A stretch of 64,000 bases of DNA from assembly GCA_963777275.1 (NCBI GenBank), contig CAVZPS010000001.1, positions 1,256,322-1,320,321 on the forward strand. Reading direction: 5' to 3'. The notes under the pieces are model-generated. The model saw only the letters and a program-made list of their open reading frames with translations. It was not told where the DNA came from and did no database searches. Source of the stretch: an uncultured Actinomycetota bacterium. Lineage in GTDB: Bacteria; Actinomycetota; Actinomycetes; Mycobacteriales; Mycobacteriaceae. Every line of letters begins with the position of its first letter. The stretch's first letter is position 1. Made by a program: the position numbers and the translations under genes. Of this stretch, positions 52,598 through 62,256 are shown one piece after another.

Positions 52598-52912
52598 TCA
52601 GTGGCCGAGCCGGCCGCGGCCCAGGCGCAGCAGCAGGATCGCCAGATCCTTGCCTTCCGGGCCCAGCTCGCTGTAACGCTCGATGACTTTCATCTCGCGG
52701 CTGTGCACCAGTCGGGTGCCGCCGGAGGCCATCCGGGCCTTGCCGATCGCCTGGGACACCTCGGCGCGACGCTTGACTGCGGCGAGGATCTCAGCGTCCA
52801 AGCGGTCGATTTCTTGGCGCAGCTCATCGATGTTGGGAAGGTGTCCGCTGGCTGTGTCGACAGTCATGGCTGGTGACTCCGTAGTGTCGCTGTTGGTGGG
52901 TTTTGGTCTCAT
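52598..52912 (-). CDS. Intracellular chorismate mutase (AroQ-delta, Rv0948c-like)
   Basis: IDELRQEIDRLD..VKRR..IGKARM..RE..GRGRLGH C-terminus. Confidence 0.92.
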   Translation of the reverse strand: MRPKPTNSDTTESPAMTVDTASGHLPNIDELRQEIDRLDAEILAAVKRRAEVSQAIGKARMASGGTRLVHSREMKVIERYSELGPEGKDLAILLLRLGRGRLGH

Positions 52913-52938
52913 CCGGCTTCGGGCCTCACACAACAGAC

Positions 52939-52972
52939 GAGCCCCGGATCTCCGATGCGGACCGCGGGGCTC
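52939..52972 (-). terminator. Attenuator terminator hairpin upstream of chorismate mutase
   Basis: GAGCCCCG..CGGGGCTC 8-bp stem with inner TCCG/CGGA pairing, followed by GTCTGTTGTGTG. Confidence 0.7.
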
Positions 52973-52984
52973 TTGTTCGAGCAG

Positions 52985-53047
52985 CTACACCCCGGGTACC
53001 GCTGGCCGGTACCCGTAGAAAAATCGGCGAAGCTGCGCTTTGAGCAC
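52985..53047 (-). CDS. Putative leader peptide MLKAQLRRFFYGYRPAVPGV
   Basis: GTG lies 6 nt after a TGG-CACACT -10-like hexamer; FFYGY codon cluster; overlaps alternative hairpins. Confidence 0.7.
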   Translation of the reverse strand: MLKAQLRRFFYGYRPAVPGV

Positions 53048-53117
53048 GAAATGAGTGTGCCACCCAGAACGGCGTGAGCGCAAAAGTGTCGCCGGGCGGC
53101 GGTAGGTTTGGGCTGAC

Positions 53118-53170
53118 ATGCCGCCGCCGGCGACGATGCAGGAGTGAAGCGATGAGGAGGAGCGGCGCAG
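53118..53170 (+). repeat. Single MIRU-like unit before pcrA
   Basis: CGCCGGCGACGATGCAGGAGTGAAGCGATGAGGAGGAGCGGCGC. Confidence 0.85.
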
Positions 53171-53171
53171 A

Positions 53172-55517
53172 TTGACTTCGTATTTGACCGCTGCCAGATC
53201 CGTGCCGGACGACGTGGACCAACTCCTCGACGGCCTCAACCCGCAGCAGCGCCAAGCGGTGCTGCATGAGGGCTCACCGCTGCTGATCGTCGCCGGCGCC
53301 GGATCCGGCAAAACCGCGGTGCTGACCCGGCGGATCGCCTACCTGATGGCGGCGCGCGGGGTCGGGCCCGGTCAGATTCTGGCCATCACGTTCACCAACA
53401 AAGCCGCAGCCGAGATGCGCGAACGGGTTGTGCAACTGGTGGGGGCACGAGCCCGGTCGATGTGGGTGTCGACCTTTCACTCGACCTGCGTGCGCATTCT
53501 GCGTAACCAGGCGTCGCTGATTGCGGGCCTGAATTCCAACTTCTCGATCTACGACGCCGACGACTCCAGGCGGCTGCTGCAGATGATCGGTCGCGACATG
53601 GGTCTCGACATCAAGCGTTACACGCCGCGTCTCCTGTCCAACTGCATCTCGAATCTGAAAAACGAGCTGATCGACCCGGACAAGGCGATCGCAGATCTCA
53701 CCGACGGCACCGACGACCTGGCCCGGACCACCGCGTCGGTCTTCGCCGAATATCAGCGCAGGCTTCGTGCGGCCAATGCGCTCGACTTCGACGACCTCAT
53801 CGGCGAGACGGTCGGAGTGCTGCAGGCCTTCCCGCAGATTGCGCAGCACTACCGGCGCCGCTTCCGGCACGTCCTGGTCGACGAATACCAGGACACCAAT
53901 CATGCGCAGTACGTGCTGGTGCGCGAGCTGGTAGGGCGCGGCCACGACGAGGCAGAGGACGGCGTGCCGCCCGGCGAGCTATGCGTGGTCGGTGATGCGG
54001 ATCAGTCGATCTACGCGTTCCGGGGCGCCACCATCCGCAACATCGAAGATTTCGAACGCGACTACCCGGACGCCACCACGATTCTGCTGGAACAGAATTA
54101 CCGTTCCACGCAAAACATTTTGTCGGCGGCCAACTCGGTGATCGCCCGCAATTCGGGGCGCCGCGACAAACGGTTGTGGACCGACGCCGGTGCGGGGGAG
54201 CTGATCGTCGGCTACGTCGCCGACAACGAACACGACGAGGCGCGCTTCGTCGCCGACGAGGTCGACGCGCTGGTCGACCGCGGCGATATCATCTACGACG
54301 ACGTCGCGGTGTTCTACCGGACCAACAACTCGTCGCGGTCCCTGGAAGAAGTGTTCATTCGTGCGGGCATCCCGTACAAAGTCGTTGGCGGCGTGCGATT
54401 CTACGAACGCAAAGAGATTCGCGACATCGTCGCTTACCTGCGTGTACTGGACAATCCCGGCGATGCGGTCAGCTTGCGGCGCATCCTGAACACGCCGCGG
54501 CGCGGCATCGGTGATCGGGCCGAGGCATGTGTCGCGGTGTACGCCGAGAACACCGGGGCCGGCTTCGGCGACGCGCTGCAGGCCGCCGCCGAAGGCAGAG
54601 TTCCGTTGCTCAATTCCCGCGCAGTGAAGGCTATCGGCGGCTTCGTCGAAATGCTCGACGAGCTACGCGCGAAACTGGCCGACGATCTCGGCGACCTGGT
54701 CGAGGCGGTGCTCGACCGGACCGGATACCGGATGGAGCTGGAGGCGTCCACCGATCCCCAGGATCTTGCCCGGCTGGACAACCTGAACGAATTGGTAAGC
54801 GTCGCACACGAATTCAGCACCGACCGGGCCAACGCCGCCGCGCTCGCAGAAGGTCCGGATGCTGAGCAGAACCCGGACGAGGAAGACGTGCCGGACACCG
54901 GTGTGCTGGCCGAATTCCTGGAACGCGTGTCGCTGGTCGCCGACGCTGACGACATTCCCGCGCACAGCGCCGGGGTGGTCACCCTGATGACCTTGCACAC
55001 CGCCAAAGGCCTGGAGTTCCCCGTGGTGTTCGTGACCGGCTGGGAAGACGGGATGTTCCCGCACATGCGATCGCTGGACGACCCGCGCGAACTCTGCGAG
55101 GAACGTCGACTGGCTTACGTCGGCATCACCCGGGCCCGGCACCGGCTTTATGTGAGCAGAGCTGTGGTGCGGTCCTCCTGGGGTCAACCGATGCTCAATC
55201 CCGAATCGCGGTTCTTGCGCGAGATTCCGCAGGAGCTGATCGAATGGCGGCGCACGGCCCCCGCGCCGTCGTTCAGCGCGCCGGTCAGCGGAGCCGGCCG
55301 ATTCGGGGCGCCCCGCCCGTCACCGGCGCGCTCTGCGGCCGGTAAGCGGCCGCTGCTCGTGCTGCAGCCCGGTGATCGGGTTTCGCACGACAAGTACGGG
55401 CTGGGCCGGGTCGAGGAGGTCTCCGGTGTCGGGGAGTCGGCGATGTCGCTGATCGACTTCGGCAGCTCAGGCCGGGTCAAGTTGATGCACAACCACGCGC
55501 CGGTGGCCAAGCTCTAG
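53172..55517 (+). CDS. pcrA: ATP-dependent DNA helicase PcrA/UvrD1
   Basis: AGAGSGKT, DEYQDTN, LEQNYRST, TLHTAKGLEF, EERRLAYVGITRA. Confidence 0.97.
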   Translation: MTSYLTAARSVPDDVDQLLDGLNPQQRQAVLHEGSPLLIVAGAGSGKTAVLTRRIAYLMAARGVGPGQILAITFTNKAAAEMRERVVQLVGARARSMWVSTFHSTCVRILRNQASLIAGLNSNFSIYDADDSRRLLQMIGRDMGLDIKRYTPRLLSNCISNLKNELIDPDKAIADLTDGTDDLARTTASVFAEYQRRLRAANALDFDDLIGETVGVLQAFPQIAQHYRRRFRHVLVDEYQDTNHAQYVLVRELVGRGHDEAEDGVPPGELCVVGDADQSIYAFRGATIRNIEDFERDYPDATTILLEQNYRSTQNILSAANSVIARNSGRRDKRLWTDAGAGELIVGYVADNEHDEARFVADEVDALVDRGDIIYDDVAVFYRTNNSSRSLEEVFIRAGIPYKVVGGVRFYERKEIRDIVAYLRVLDNPGDAVSLRRILNTPRRGIGDRAEACVAVYAENTGAGFGDALQAAAEGRVPLLNSRAVKAIGGFVEMLDELRAKLADDLGDLVEAVLDRTGYRMELEASTDPQDLARLDNLNELVSVAHEFSTDRANAAALAEGPDAEQNPDEEDVPDTGVLAEFLERVSLVADADDIPAHSAGVVTLMTLHTAKGLEFPVVFVTGWEDGMFPHMRSLDDPRELCEERRLAYVGITRARHRLYVSRAVVRSSWGQPMLNPESRFLREIPQELIEWRRTAPAPSFSAPVSGAGRFGAPRPSPARSAAGKRPLLVLQPGDRVSHDKYGLGRVEEVSGVGESAMSLIDFGSSGRVKLMHNHAPVAKL

Positions 55518-55522
55518 CGGAC

Positions 55523-56149
55523 TCAGTCTTGCCGGAGGTAGCGCTTGGTTTCCGGATGCAGGGCCAGCGCGGCGCCGGCGATGGGAAGCAACGGCAGTAG
55601 GTAAACGATCCAGGCGACCCGGGCATCGGTGAGGAACACCCCGAGCTGGGTCAGCAACGCAACGACGGAGCCCGCCACGATCAGTCGGCGGCCCAGCGGG
55701 CGGCGCTGCAGCAGCAGGATCACACCGGACACGGTGGCGACCGCGAACACCACGGCCAAGAACCCCACCGCGAGGCAGAACAGCTTGTCGGAGCGCCACC
55801 AGCCGGCGATCAGGTCGGTGGCGATTACCGAGGTGGCCCAGCCGCTGACGATGCTGACGGCGGTGGCGCCGACGGCGGTCCTGGCACTCGGTTCCAGGGA
55901 CGGGCCCAGTGTGCGGACCGGAGCCTCTCGGCGCCCGGTCGCGGGCGGTCGGCTCGGCACCTTGAAGTCCGGTGACGGGCGGGGGATGTAAGTGGTGGGC
56001 GCTTGATCGGGGATCGCGGGCATCGGCGCAGTCGGCGCTCGCCGGATGATGCGCGTGCGAGTCTCGTCTCGGGGGGCCGCGCGACCGTAACCTTCGGGCG
56101 GTCGCGGCGGCGGGTTCTGACCAGGGGGAAAGCTGGGCGGCTCGGTCAC
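55523..56149 (-). CDS. Hypothetical membrane protein with Pro-rich N-terminus
   Basis: Pro/Arg-rich N-terminus followed by about four TM helices. Confidence 0.7.
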   Translation of the reverse strand: MTEPPSFPPGQNPPPRPPEGYGRAAPRDETRTRIIRRAPTAPMPAIPDQAPTTYIPRPSPDFKVPSRPPATGRREAPVRTLGPSLEPSARTAVGATAVSIVSGWATSVIATDLIAGWWRSDKLFCLAVGFLAVVFAVATVSGVILLLQRRPLGRRLIVAGSVVALLTQLGVFLTDARVAWIVYLLPLLPIAGAALALHPETKRYLRQD

Positions 56150-56153
56150 CGGG

Positions 56154-57200
56154 TCAACCGGTGTAAGTGCCGACGCTGAGCCCTCGCTTCGCCAGCCACG
56201 GCACCGGGTCGATCCGGTTGGTGCCGCCCAAGATGACTTCGAAGTGCAGGTGCGGGCCGGTCGAGTCGCCCCGGTTGCCCATGGTGGCGATCTGGTCGCC
56301 CGCCATCACGCGCTCACCGACGCTGACCAGCGTCGTGTTGACGTGACCGTAGAGAGTGACGGTGCCGTCGGCGTGGCGCAATTTGACCCACATCCCGTAA
56401 CCGGCAGTGGGGCCCGACGCGATGACGACACCGTCGGACACCGCGTGGATCGGCGTGCCGATCGAATTAGCCAGGTCGATGCCCGCGTGCAACACGCCCC
56501 AGCGGTAGCCGAAATGCGAGGTGAAAATGCCTTTGGTCGGCATAACGAAGAGCGGCTGTTGTAGGCGAGCCTCACGTTGAGCCCGCTCCTGCGCGAAGGC
56601 GACCCCGTTGGCGAGCTCCTGGTTGTGAACGGCGACGTTGGCCGCCGGCCGCATGGTGACCAGCTGCATGCCGCGGGCGGCGGCGGCCGGCGAGCCGCCG
56701 TTGAGGGTCGTGGCGTCGGCGGCCAGCACCGTCTCGGCCTTCGCGGTGTCGTTCGGGTGCGTGGCGGTGTGCGCCGCAGCTGCGGCCGCGCCAGCGGCCA
56801 TCGCGCTGATCAGCACACGTCCCCGGGTCGCCCCGGTGAGCGGCTTGCGGTGCTGTCCGCCCCCCTGCCAGGGCACGTCGGCAACCGGCCGGGAATGGGC
56901 GCGGTGTGCCGATCGGGCAACTCGAGTGCCAGCAGCCTCGGTGCGTGGCGCGCTGGGTGCGGCCAGCCACTGCGGGGCCACGTCGTCTGTGTCGTCGAGG
57001 TCGTCGAGCTCGGGGGCCCGCAAGACCTGCGCTTCCTTGTCGAACGCGGTGTTGTCGCTGAACTCGACGTCGCCGAGGAAGCCGAACTCGTTGAAGGGAA
57101 TGATGTCGGTGACTTCATTGCGACTGAGTTCGGGCCGACGGTCAAGGGATTCACGAGAGTCTGCTGCCGCAGAAGGGCGGGCATAGCGGTGCTGGGTCAA
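56154..57200 (-). CDS. M23 family metallopeptidase (Rv0950c-like)
   Basis: HAGIDLA, TLYGH, STGPHLHFE. Confidence 0.92.
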   Translation of the reverse strand: MTQHRYARPSAAADSRESLDRRPELSRNEVTDIIPFNEFGFLGDVEFSDNTAFDKEAQVLRAPELDDLDDTDDVAPQWLAAPSAPRTEAAGTRVARSAHRAHSRPVADVPWQGGGQHRKPLTGATRGRVLISAMAAGAAAAAAHTATHPNDTAKAETVLAADATTLNGGSPAAAARGMQLVTMRPAANVAVHNQELANGVAFAQERAQREARLQQPLFVMPTKGIFTSHFGYRWGVLHAGIDLANSIGTPIHAVSDGVVIASGPTAGYGMWVKLRHADGTVTLYGHVNTTLVSVGERVMAGDQIATMGNRGDSTGPHLHFEVILGGTNRIDPVPWLAKRGLSVGTYTG

Positions 57201-57460
57201 CCGGAAAAGTCCTCGGGTCGTAACCAAAGCGTTATCTCGGACCCTGAGACGTTAACCATTTTCCGGCACCAGAGGCAACACCAGCCGCTAATCCGCCCAG
57301 TTTTGTGATCTGAATCACCTTGCAACGCACGGTGACCTGCGCCACATCAAACGATGCGGCGTTCAGTGTCGCTCAGCCGTGTCGATACAGTTCCCCGCAG
57401 GCCCGGTCACTAATCCGGCCCCGGCACAACAGCCGACCAGTAATCGACGACAGAGTGGTC

Positions 57461-58623
57461 ATGGATCTTTTCGAGTATCAGGCGAAAGAACTGTTCGTCC
57501 GGCGGGGCGTGCCGACCACGCCGGGCCGGGTGACCGACAACGCCGAAGAGGCCAGAGCGATCGCCGCGGAAATCGGCCGTCCCGTCATGGTCAAAGCCCA
57601 GGTCAAGACCGGTGGCCGGGGTAAGGCGGGCGGCGTCAAATACGCCGCGACGCCCGACGACGCGTACGCGCACGCCAACGACATCCTCGGCCTGGACATC
57701 AAGGGGCATGTCGTCAAGAAGCTACTGGTCGCCGAGGCCAGCGACATCTCCGAGGAGTACTACATCTCCTTTCTGCTGGACCGGGCCACCGCACCTATCT
57801 GGCCATGTGCTCGGTGGAAGGCGGCATGGAGATCGAAGAGGTCGCGGCCACCAAGCCCGACCGGCTGGCCAAGGTGCCCGTCGACGCCGTGAAAGGCGTC
57901 GACCTGGCGCTGGCGCGTTCGATCGCCGAGCAGGGACACCTGCCCGAAGAGGTGCTCGACACCGCCGCGGTCACCATCGCCAAACTCTGGGAGTTGTTCG
58001 TCACCGAAGACGCCACGCTGGTCGAGGTCAACCCGCTGGTGCGCACCCCCGATAACCAGATCTTGGCGCTGGACGGCAAGGTCACCCTGGATGCCAACGC
58101 CGACTTCCGCCAGCCCGGCCACGTCGACTTCGAGGACCGCGACGCAACCGACCCGTTGGAGCTCAAAGCCAAGGAGCACGACCTCAACTACGTCAAGCTC
58201 AACGGCGGGGTCGGCATCATCGGCAACGGCGCCGGACTGGTGATGTCGACGCTCGACGTCGTCGCCTACGCCGGCGAGCAGCACGGCGGAGTGAAGCCGG
58301 CCAATTTCCTGGACATCGGCGGCGGCGCCTCGGCCGAGGTGATGGCAGCCGGTCTAGACGTCGTGCTGGGTGACGAGCAGGTCAAGAGTGTGTTCGTCAA
58401 CGTGTTCGGCGGGATCACCGCCTGTGACGCCGTGGCGACAGGGATCGTCAAGGCGCTGGAGATCCTGGGCGAGGAGGCCAACAAGCCGCTGGTCGTCCGC
58501 CTCGACGGCAACAACGTCGAGGAGGGCAGACGCATCCTCACCGAAGCCAATCACCCGCTGGTGACGTTGGTCGCGACGATGGACGAGGCCGCCGACAAAG
58601 CCGCCGCGCTGGCGGGCGGCTGA
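57461..58623 (+). CDS. sucC: Succinyl-CoA synthetase beta subunit; frameshift near 57787
   Basis: [22 protein letters not shown]; [15 protein letters not shown] and NFLDIGGGA are in a second frame. Confidence 0.93.
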
Positions 58624-58646
58624 GACACGAAAGGAACAGGAGCGCC

Positions 58647-59551
58647 ATGGCGATCTTTTTGACCAAGGACTCGAAGGTCATCGTCCAGGGCATCACCGGC
58701 GGTGAGGCCACCGCACACACCGCGCGGATGCTCAAAGCGGGCACTCAGATCCTCGGCGGTGTCAACGCCCGCAAGGCCGGCACCAAAGTGGCCCACAAAG
58801 ACGCCGCCGGCAACGACGTCGAGCTGCCGGTGTTCGGCTCTGTGGTCGAGGCCATGGAACAAGACCGGCGCCGACGTGTCGATCATCTTCGTGCCGCCGA
58901 AATTCGCCAAGGACGCGATCATCGAGGCGATCGACGCCGGGATCGGACTGCTGGTCGTGATCACCGAGGGCATCCCGGTGCAGGACAGCGCTTATGCGTG
59001 GGCCTACAACCTGTCGAAGGGCGACAAGACCCGCATCATCGGCCCGAACTGTCCCGGGCATCATCACCCCCGGGCAGTCGCTGGTCGGCATCACCCCGGC
59101 CAATATCACCGGCTCGGGTCCGATCGGCCTGGTGTCGAAGTCGGGCACGCTGACCTACCAGATGATGTACGAGTTGCGTGACTTCGGCTTCTCCACGTCC
59201 ATCGGGATCGGCGGTGACCCGGTGATCGGCACCACCCACATCGACGCGATCGAGGCGTTCGAGAAAGATCCCGAGACCAAGCTCATCGTGATGATCGGCG
59301 AAATCGGCGGCGACGCCGAGGAGCGTGCGGCGGACTACATCAAAGCCAACGTGTCCAAGCCCGTCGTCGGCTACGTCGCAGGCTTCACCGCTCCCGAGGG
59401 AAAGACGATGGGCCACGCCGGCGCCATCGTGTCCGGTTCGTCGGGCACCGCGGCCGCCAAGAAGGAGGCGCTGGAAGCCGCCGGCGTCAAAGTGGGTAAG
59501 ACGCCCTCGGAGACGGCCGATTTGGCCCGAAAGATCCTGCAGAGCCAGTAG
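58647..59551 (+). CDS. sucD: Succinyl-CoA synthetase alpha subunit; frameshifts near 58860 and 59052
   Basis: VIVQGITG; ITEGIP..IGPNCPG; [15 protein letters not shown], spread over three frames. Confidence 0.93.
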
Positions 59552-59570
59552 CTCAAGGATGCCTCTGGAT

Positions 59571-59677
59571 CCGCGCCGGCGACGATGCAGCGCGAAGCGA
59601 TGAGGAGGAGCGGCGCAATCGACCCGCGCCGGCGACGATGCAGCGCGAAGCGATGAGGAGGAGCGGCGCACATCAAC
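59571..59677 (+). repeat. Two MIRU-like units (53 and 54 bp) inside the 5' end of the thiolase-like gene
   Basis: CCGCGCCGGCGACGATGCAGCGCGAAGCGATGAGGAGGAGCGGCGC at 59571 and 59624. Confidence 0.92.
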
Positions 59678-61195
59678 CCGCGCACTCCCGTCGTCGTCGG
59701 CGTCGGCCAAGCCGCGGAGCGCATCGACGATCCCTACTACCGTGCGATGTCGGCCGTCGAGCTGGCCACCGCGGCCGCGCGGGCTGCTCTCGAAGACTGC
59801 GGTGCCGACGTCGCGAAGGTGGCCGCGTCGATCGACACGGTCGCCGGGGTGCGGCAATTCGAGATCTCCGGGCCGGCCGAGGCGGTGCTGGGCAAGTCGA
59901 ACAACTATCCGCGTTCGGTGGCCAACCGGATCGACGCCGAACCGGCCCGCGCGATCCTGGAAGTCGTCGGCGGGCAGGGCCCGCAGAAGCTGATCACCGA
60001 ACTGGCCGCCGGGATCGCCGCCGGCCGGTCGGAGGTGGCGCTGATCTTCGGCTCCGATGCGACGTCGACCAACCGGTACTTCGCGCGCGCCGAGGACAAA
60101 CCGGACTTCTCCGAGCACGTCGACGGTGAGCTGGAAGACCGCGGCCACGGCCTGGACGGGTTGATCTCCCGCTACACGGTCGTCCACGGGCTGGTCGACG
60201 CGCCGACCCAGTACGCGCTGCTGGAAAACGCACGCCGCGCCCGCACCGGGCTGGGGCCGGCCGAGTATCTGCGGCGGATGGGTGAGCTGTTCGCGCCGTT
60301 CACCGCGGTGGCGGCCGGCAATCCGTTCGCTGCCGCGCCGGTGCAGCGCTCCGTCGAGGAACTCATCACGGTAACCGACGCCAACCGGATGATCTCCGAC
60401 CCGTATCCGCGGCTGCTGGTGGCCCGCGACCAGGTGAATCAGGGCGCCGCGGCGCTGCTGATGTCGGTGGCAGCGGCACGCCGCCTCGGGGTGCCGGAAG
60501 ACAACTGGGTGTATCTGGCCGGCCATGCCGACCTGGCCGAACAACGCCTGCTGTGCCGGTCCGACCTCGGTCATGCCCCGTCGGCCGTGCTGGCCGTGCG
60601 CGAGGCGCTGGACCTGGCCGGCGTCGGCATCGACGACGTTGCCACCCTCGACCTGTACAGCTGCTTTGCCGTCCCGGTGTTCAACATCTGCGACGGGCTG
60701 GGCATCGCACCGGACGACCCGCGGGGTCTGACGCTGACCGGTGGTCTGCCGTTCTTCGGCGGCGCCGGCAACAACTACTCGATGCACGCCGTCGCCGAGA
60801 CCGTCTCGGCGATGCGCGCCGCACCGGGACGCTACGGCCTGGTCGGCGCCAACGGCGGCATCCTGAGTAAGTACTCCGTCGGCATCTACACGACCGTCCC
60901 CACGCCGTGGCAGGCCGATCGCAGCCCGGCGCTGCAGGCCGACATCGACGCGCGACCCGGGGAAGCGGTGACGGAGAACGCCGAAGGCCGCGGCACCGTC
61001 GAGACCTACACGGTCCGCCGCGACAACGGGCGGCTGACCGGAATCGTCATCGGCCGACTGGCCGCCGATGGCAGCCGGTTCCTGGCCACCACCGAAGACG
61101 ACGATTTGATTGCTCTGCTCACCGAAGGCGAACCGCTGGAGCAACCGGTCAGCGTGCGCTCGTTCGACTACGGCAACCGCTGCTCGCTGAGCTGA
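59672..61195 (+). CDS. Acetyl-CoA acetyltransferase / thiolase-like protein; start codon unclear
   Basis: NPRTPVVVGVGQ, VNQGAA, DLYSCF, LTLTGGLPFFGGAGNNYSMH. Confidence 0.85.
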   Translation: MNPRTPVVVGVGQAAERIDDPYYRAMSAVELATAAARAALEDCGADVAKVAASIDTVAGVRQFEISGPAEAVLGKSNNYPRSVANRIDAEPARAILEVVGGQGPQKLITELAAGIAAGRSEVALIFGSDATSTNRYFARAEDKPDFSEHVDGELEDRGHGLDGLISRYTVVHGLVDAPTQYALLENARRARTGLGPAEYLRRMGELFAPFTAVAAGNPFAAAPVQRSVEELITVTDANRMISDPYPRLLVARDQVNQGAAALLMSVAAARRLGVPEDNWVYLAGHADLAEQRLLCRSDLGHAPSAVLAVREALDLAGVGIDDVATLDLYSCFAVPVFNICDGLGIAPDDPRGLTLTGGLPFFGGAGNNYSMHAVAETVSAMRAAPGRYGLVGANGGILSKYSVGIYTTVPTPWQADRSPALQADIDARPGEAVTENAEGRGTVETYTVRRDNGRLTGIVIGRLAADGSRFLATTEDDDLIALLTEGEPLEQPVSVRSFDYGNRCSLS

Positions 61196-61202
61196 GCCGG
61201 CT

Positions 61203-62052
61203 TCACACCGCGGCCGCCAGTTTGCCGGCCAGCCGTTCGACGTAGCCCGCAATGTCGTCCGCAGCGCGGTCGGGCAACCCGAACAGCACCTCGGTGACGC
61301 CGATGTCCGCCCAGTGCGCCAGCTTGTCCGGCACCGGTTTGTAGTCCAGCGCCACGATCTGCGGCGCCCCCTCGCGGCCGGCGGCAGCCCAGATCTCGTG
61401 CAGCAATCTCGACCGGCTCGTCGATGTCGAAATCGCGCGGCGTGGTAATCCAGCCGTCGGCGCTGCGCGCGATCCACCTGAAGTTCTTCTCCGTGCCGGC
61501 AGCGCCGACCAGCACCGGGATGTGCGACTGCACCGGCTTGGGCCACGCCCAGCTGCTGCCGAAGTTGACGAACTCTCCCTCGTAGGACGCTTCTTCCTGA
61601 GTCCACAATGCCCGCATCGCCTCCAGGTATTCGCGCAGCATGGTGCGGCGCCGCCCGGCGGGCACTCCGTGATCGGCGAGTTCGTCGGTGTTCCAGCCGA
61701 ATCCGACCCCGAGGCTGACCCGCCCGCCGGACAGGTGGTCCAAGGTGGCAATCGATTTGGCCAGGGTGATCGGGTCGTGTTCGACCGGGAGCGCGACCGC
61801 GGTCGACAGCCGCACGCGGGAGGTGACCGCGCATGCCGCACCCAGACTCACCCAGGGGTCCAAGGTGCGCATGTACCGGTCGTCGGGCAGCGACTCGTCA
61901 CCGGTGGTCGGATGTGCGGCCTCGCGCTTGACCGGGATGTGGGTGTGCTCAGGCACGTAGAAGGTGTGAAAGCCGTGGTCGTCGGCAAGCTTGGCCGCTG
62001 CGGCCGGGGTGATGCCGCGGTCGCTGGTGAACAACACGAGCCCGTAATCCAT
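61203..62052 (-). CDS. LLM class F420-dependent oxidoreductase (Rv0953c-like); frameshift near 61408
   Basis: MDYGLVLFTSDRG, PEHTHIP, LSGGRVSLGVGFGWN; C-terminus LHEIWAAAGR..GVTEVLFGLP is in the frame ending at 61203. Confidence 0.88.
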
Positions 62053-62061
62053 GCCAGGAAT

Positions 62062-62075
62062 TAGAACGTGTTACA
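62062..62075. promoter_or_regulatory. KstR operator
   Basis: TAGAACGTGTTACA; exact match to TnnAACnnGTTnnA; 9 nt upstream of the LLM start. Confidence 0.8.
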
Positions 62076-62256
62076 CCTGGCCCGGGCAAGCGCAAGCGGT
62101 GACACGCCGTGCGCCGCACAGCGCCGGTTGGCAGGTGCGCTAGCGTGGACGGGCGAATCGCGTCTCGACGCCAGGACCGCTGATGTGACGGCGTTGCTCA
62201 GCAGCGGTCCATCGAATGTCGCGGCGTCAGAAGGCACCGGAAGCATGGGAGAAGCA

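Noticed and set aside
57461-59551. Programmed frameshifting or pseudogenisation of sucCD
   Set aside because: No slippery heptamer or stimulatory structure noticed; same pattern as the window-wide indel errors.
59036-61834. 932-aa minus-strand ORF
   Set aside because: Antisense shadow of sucD and the thiolase gene in GC-rich DNA; no recognisable motifs.
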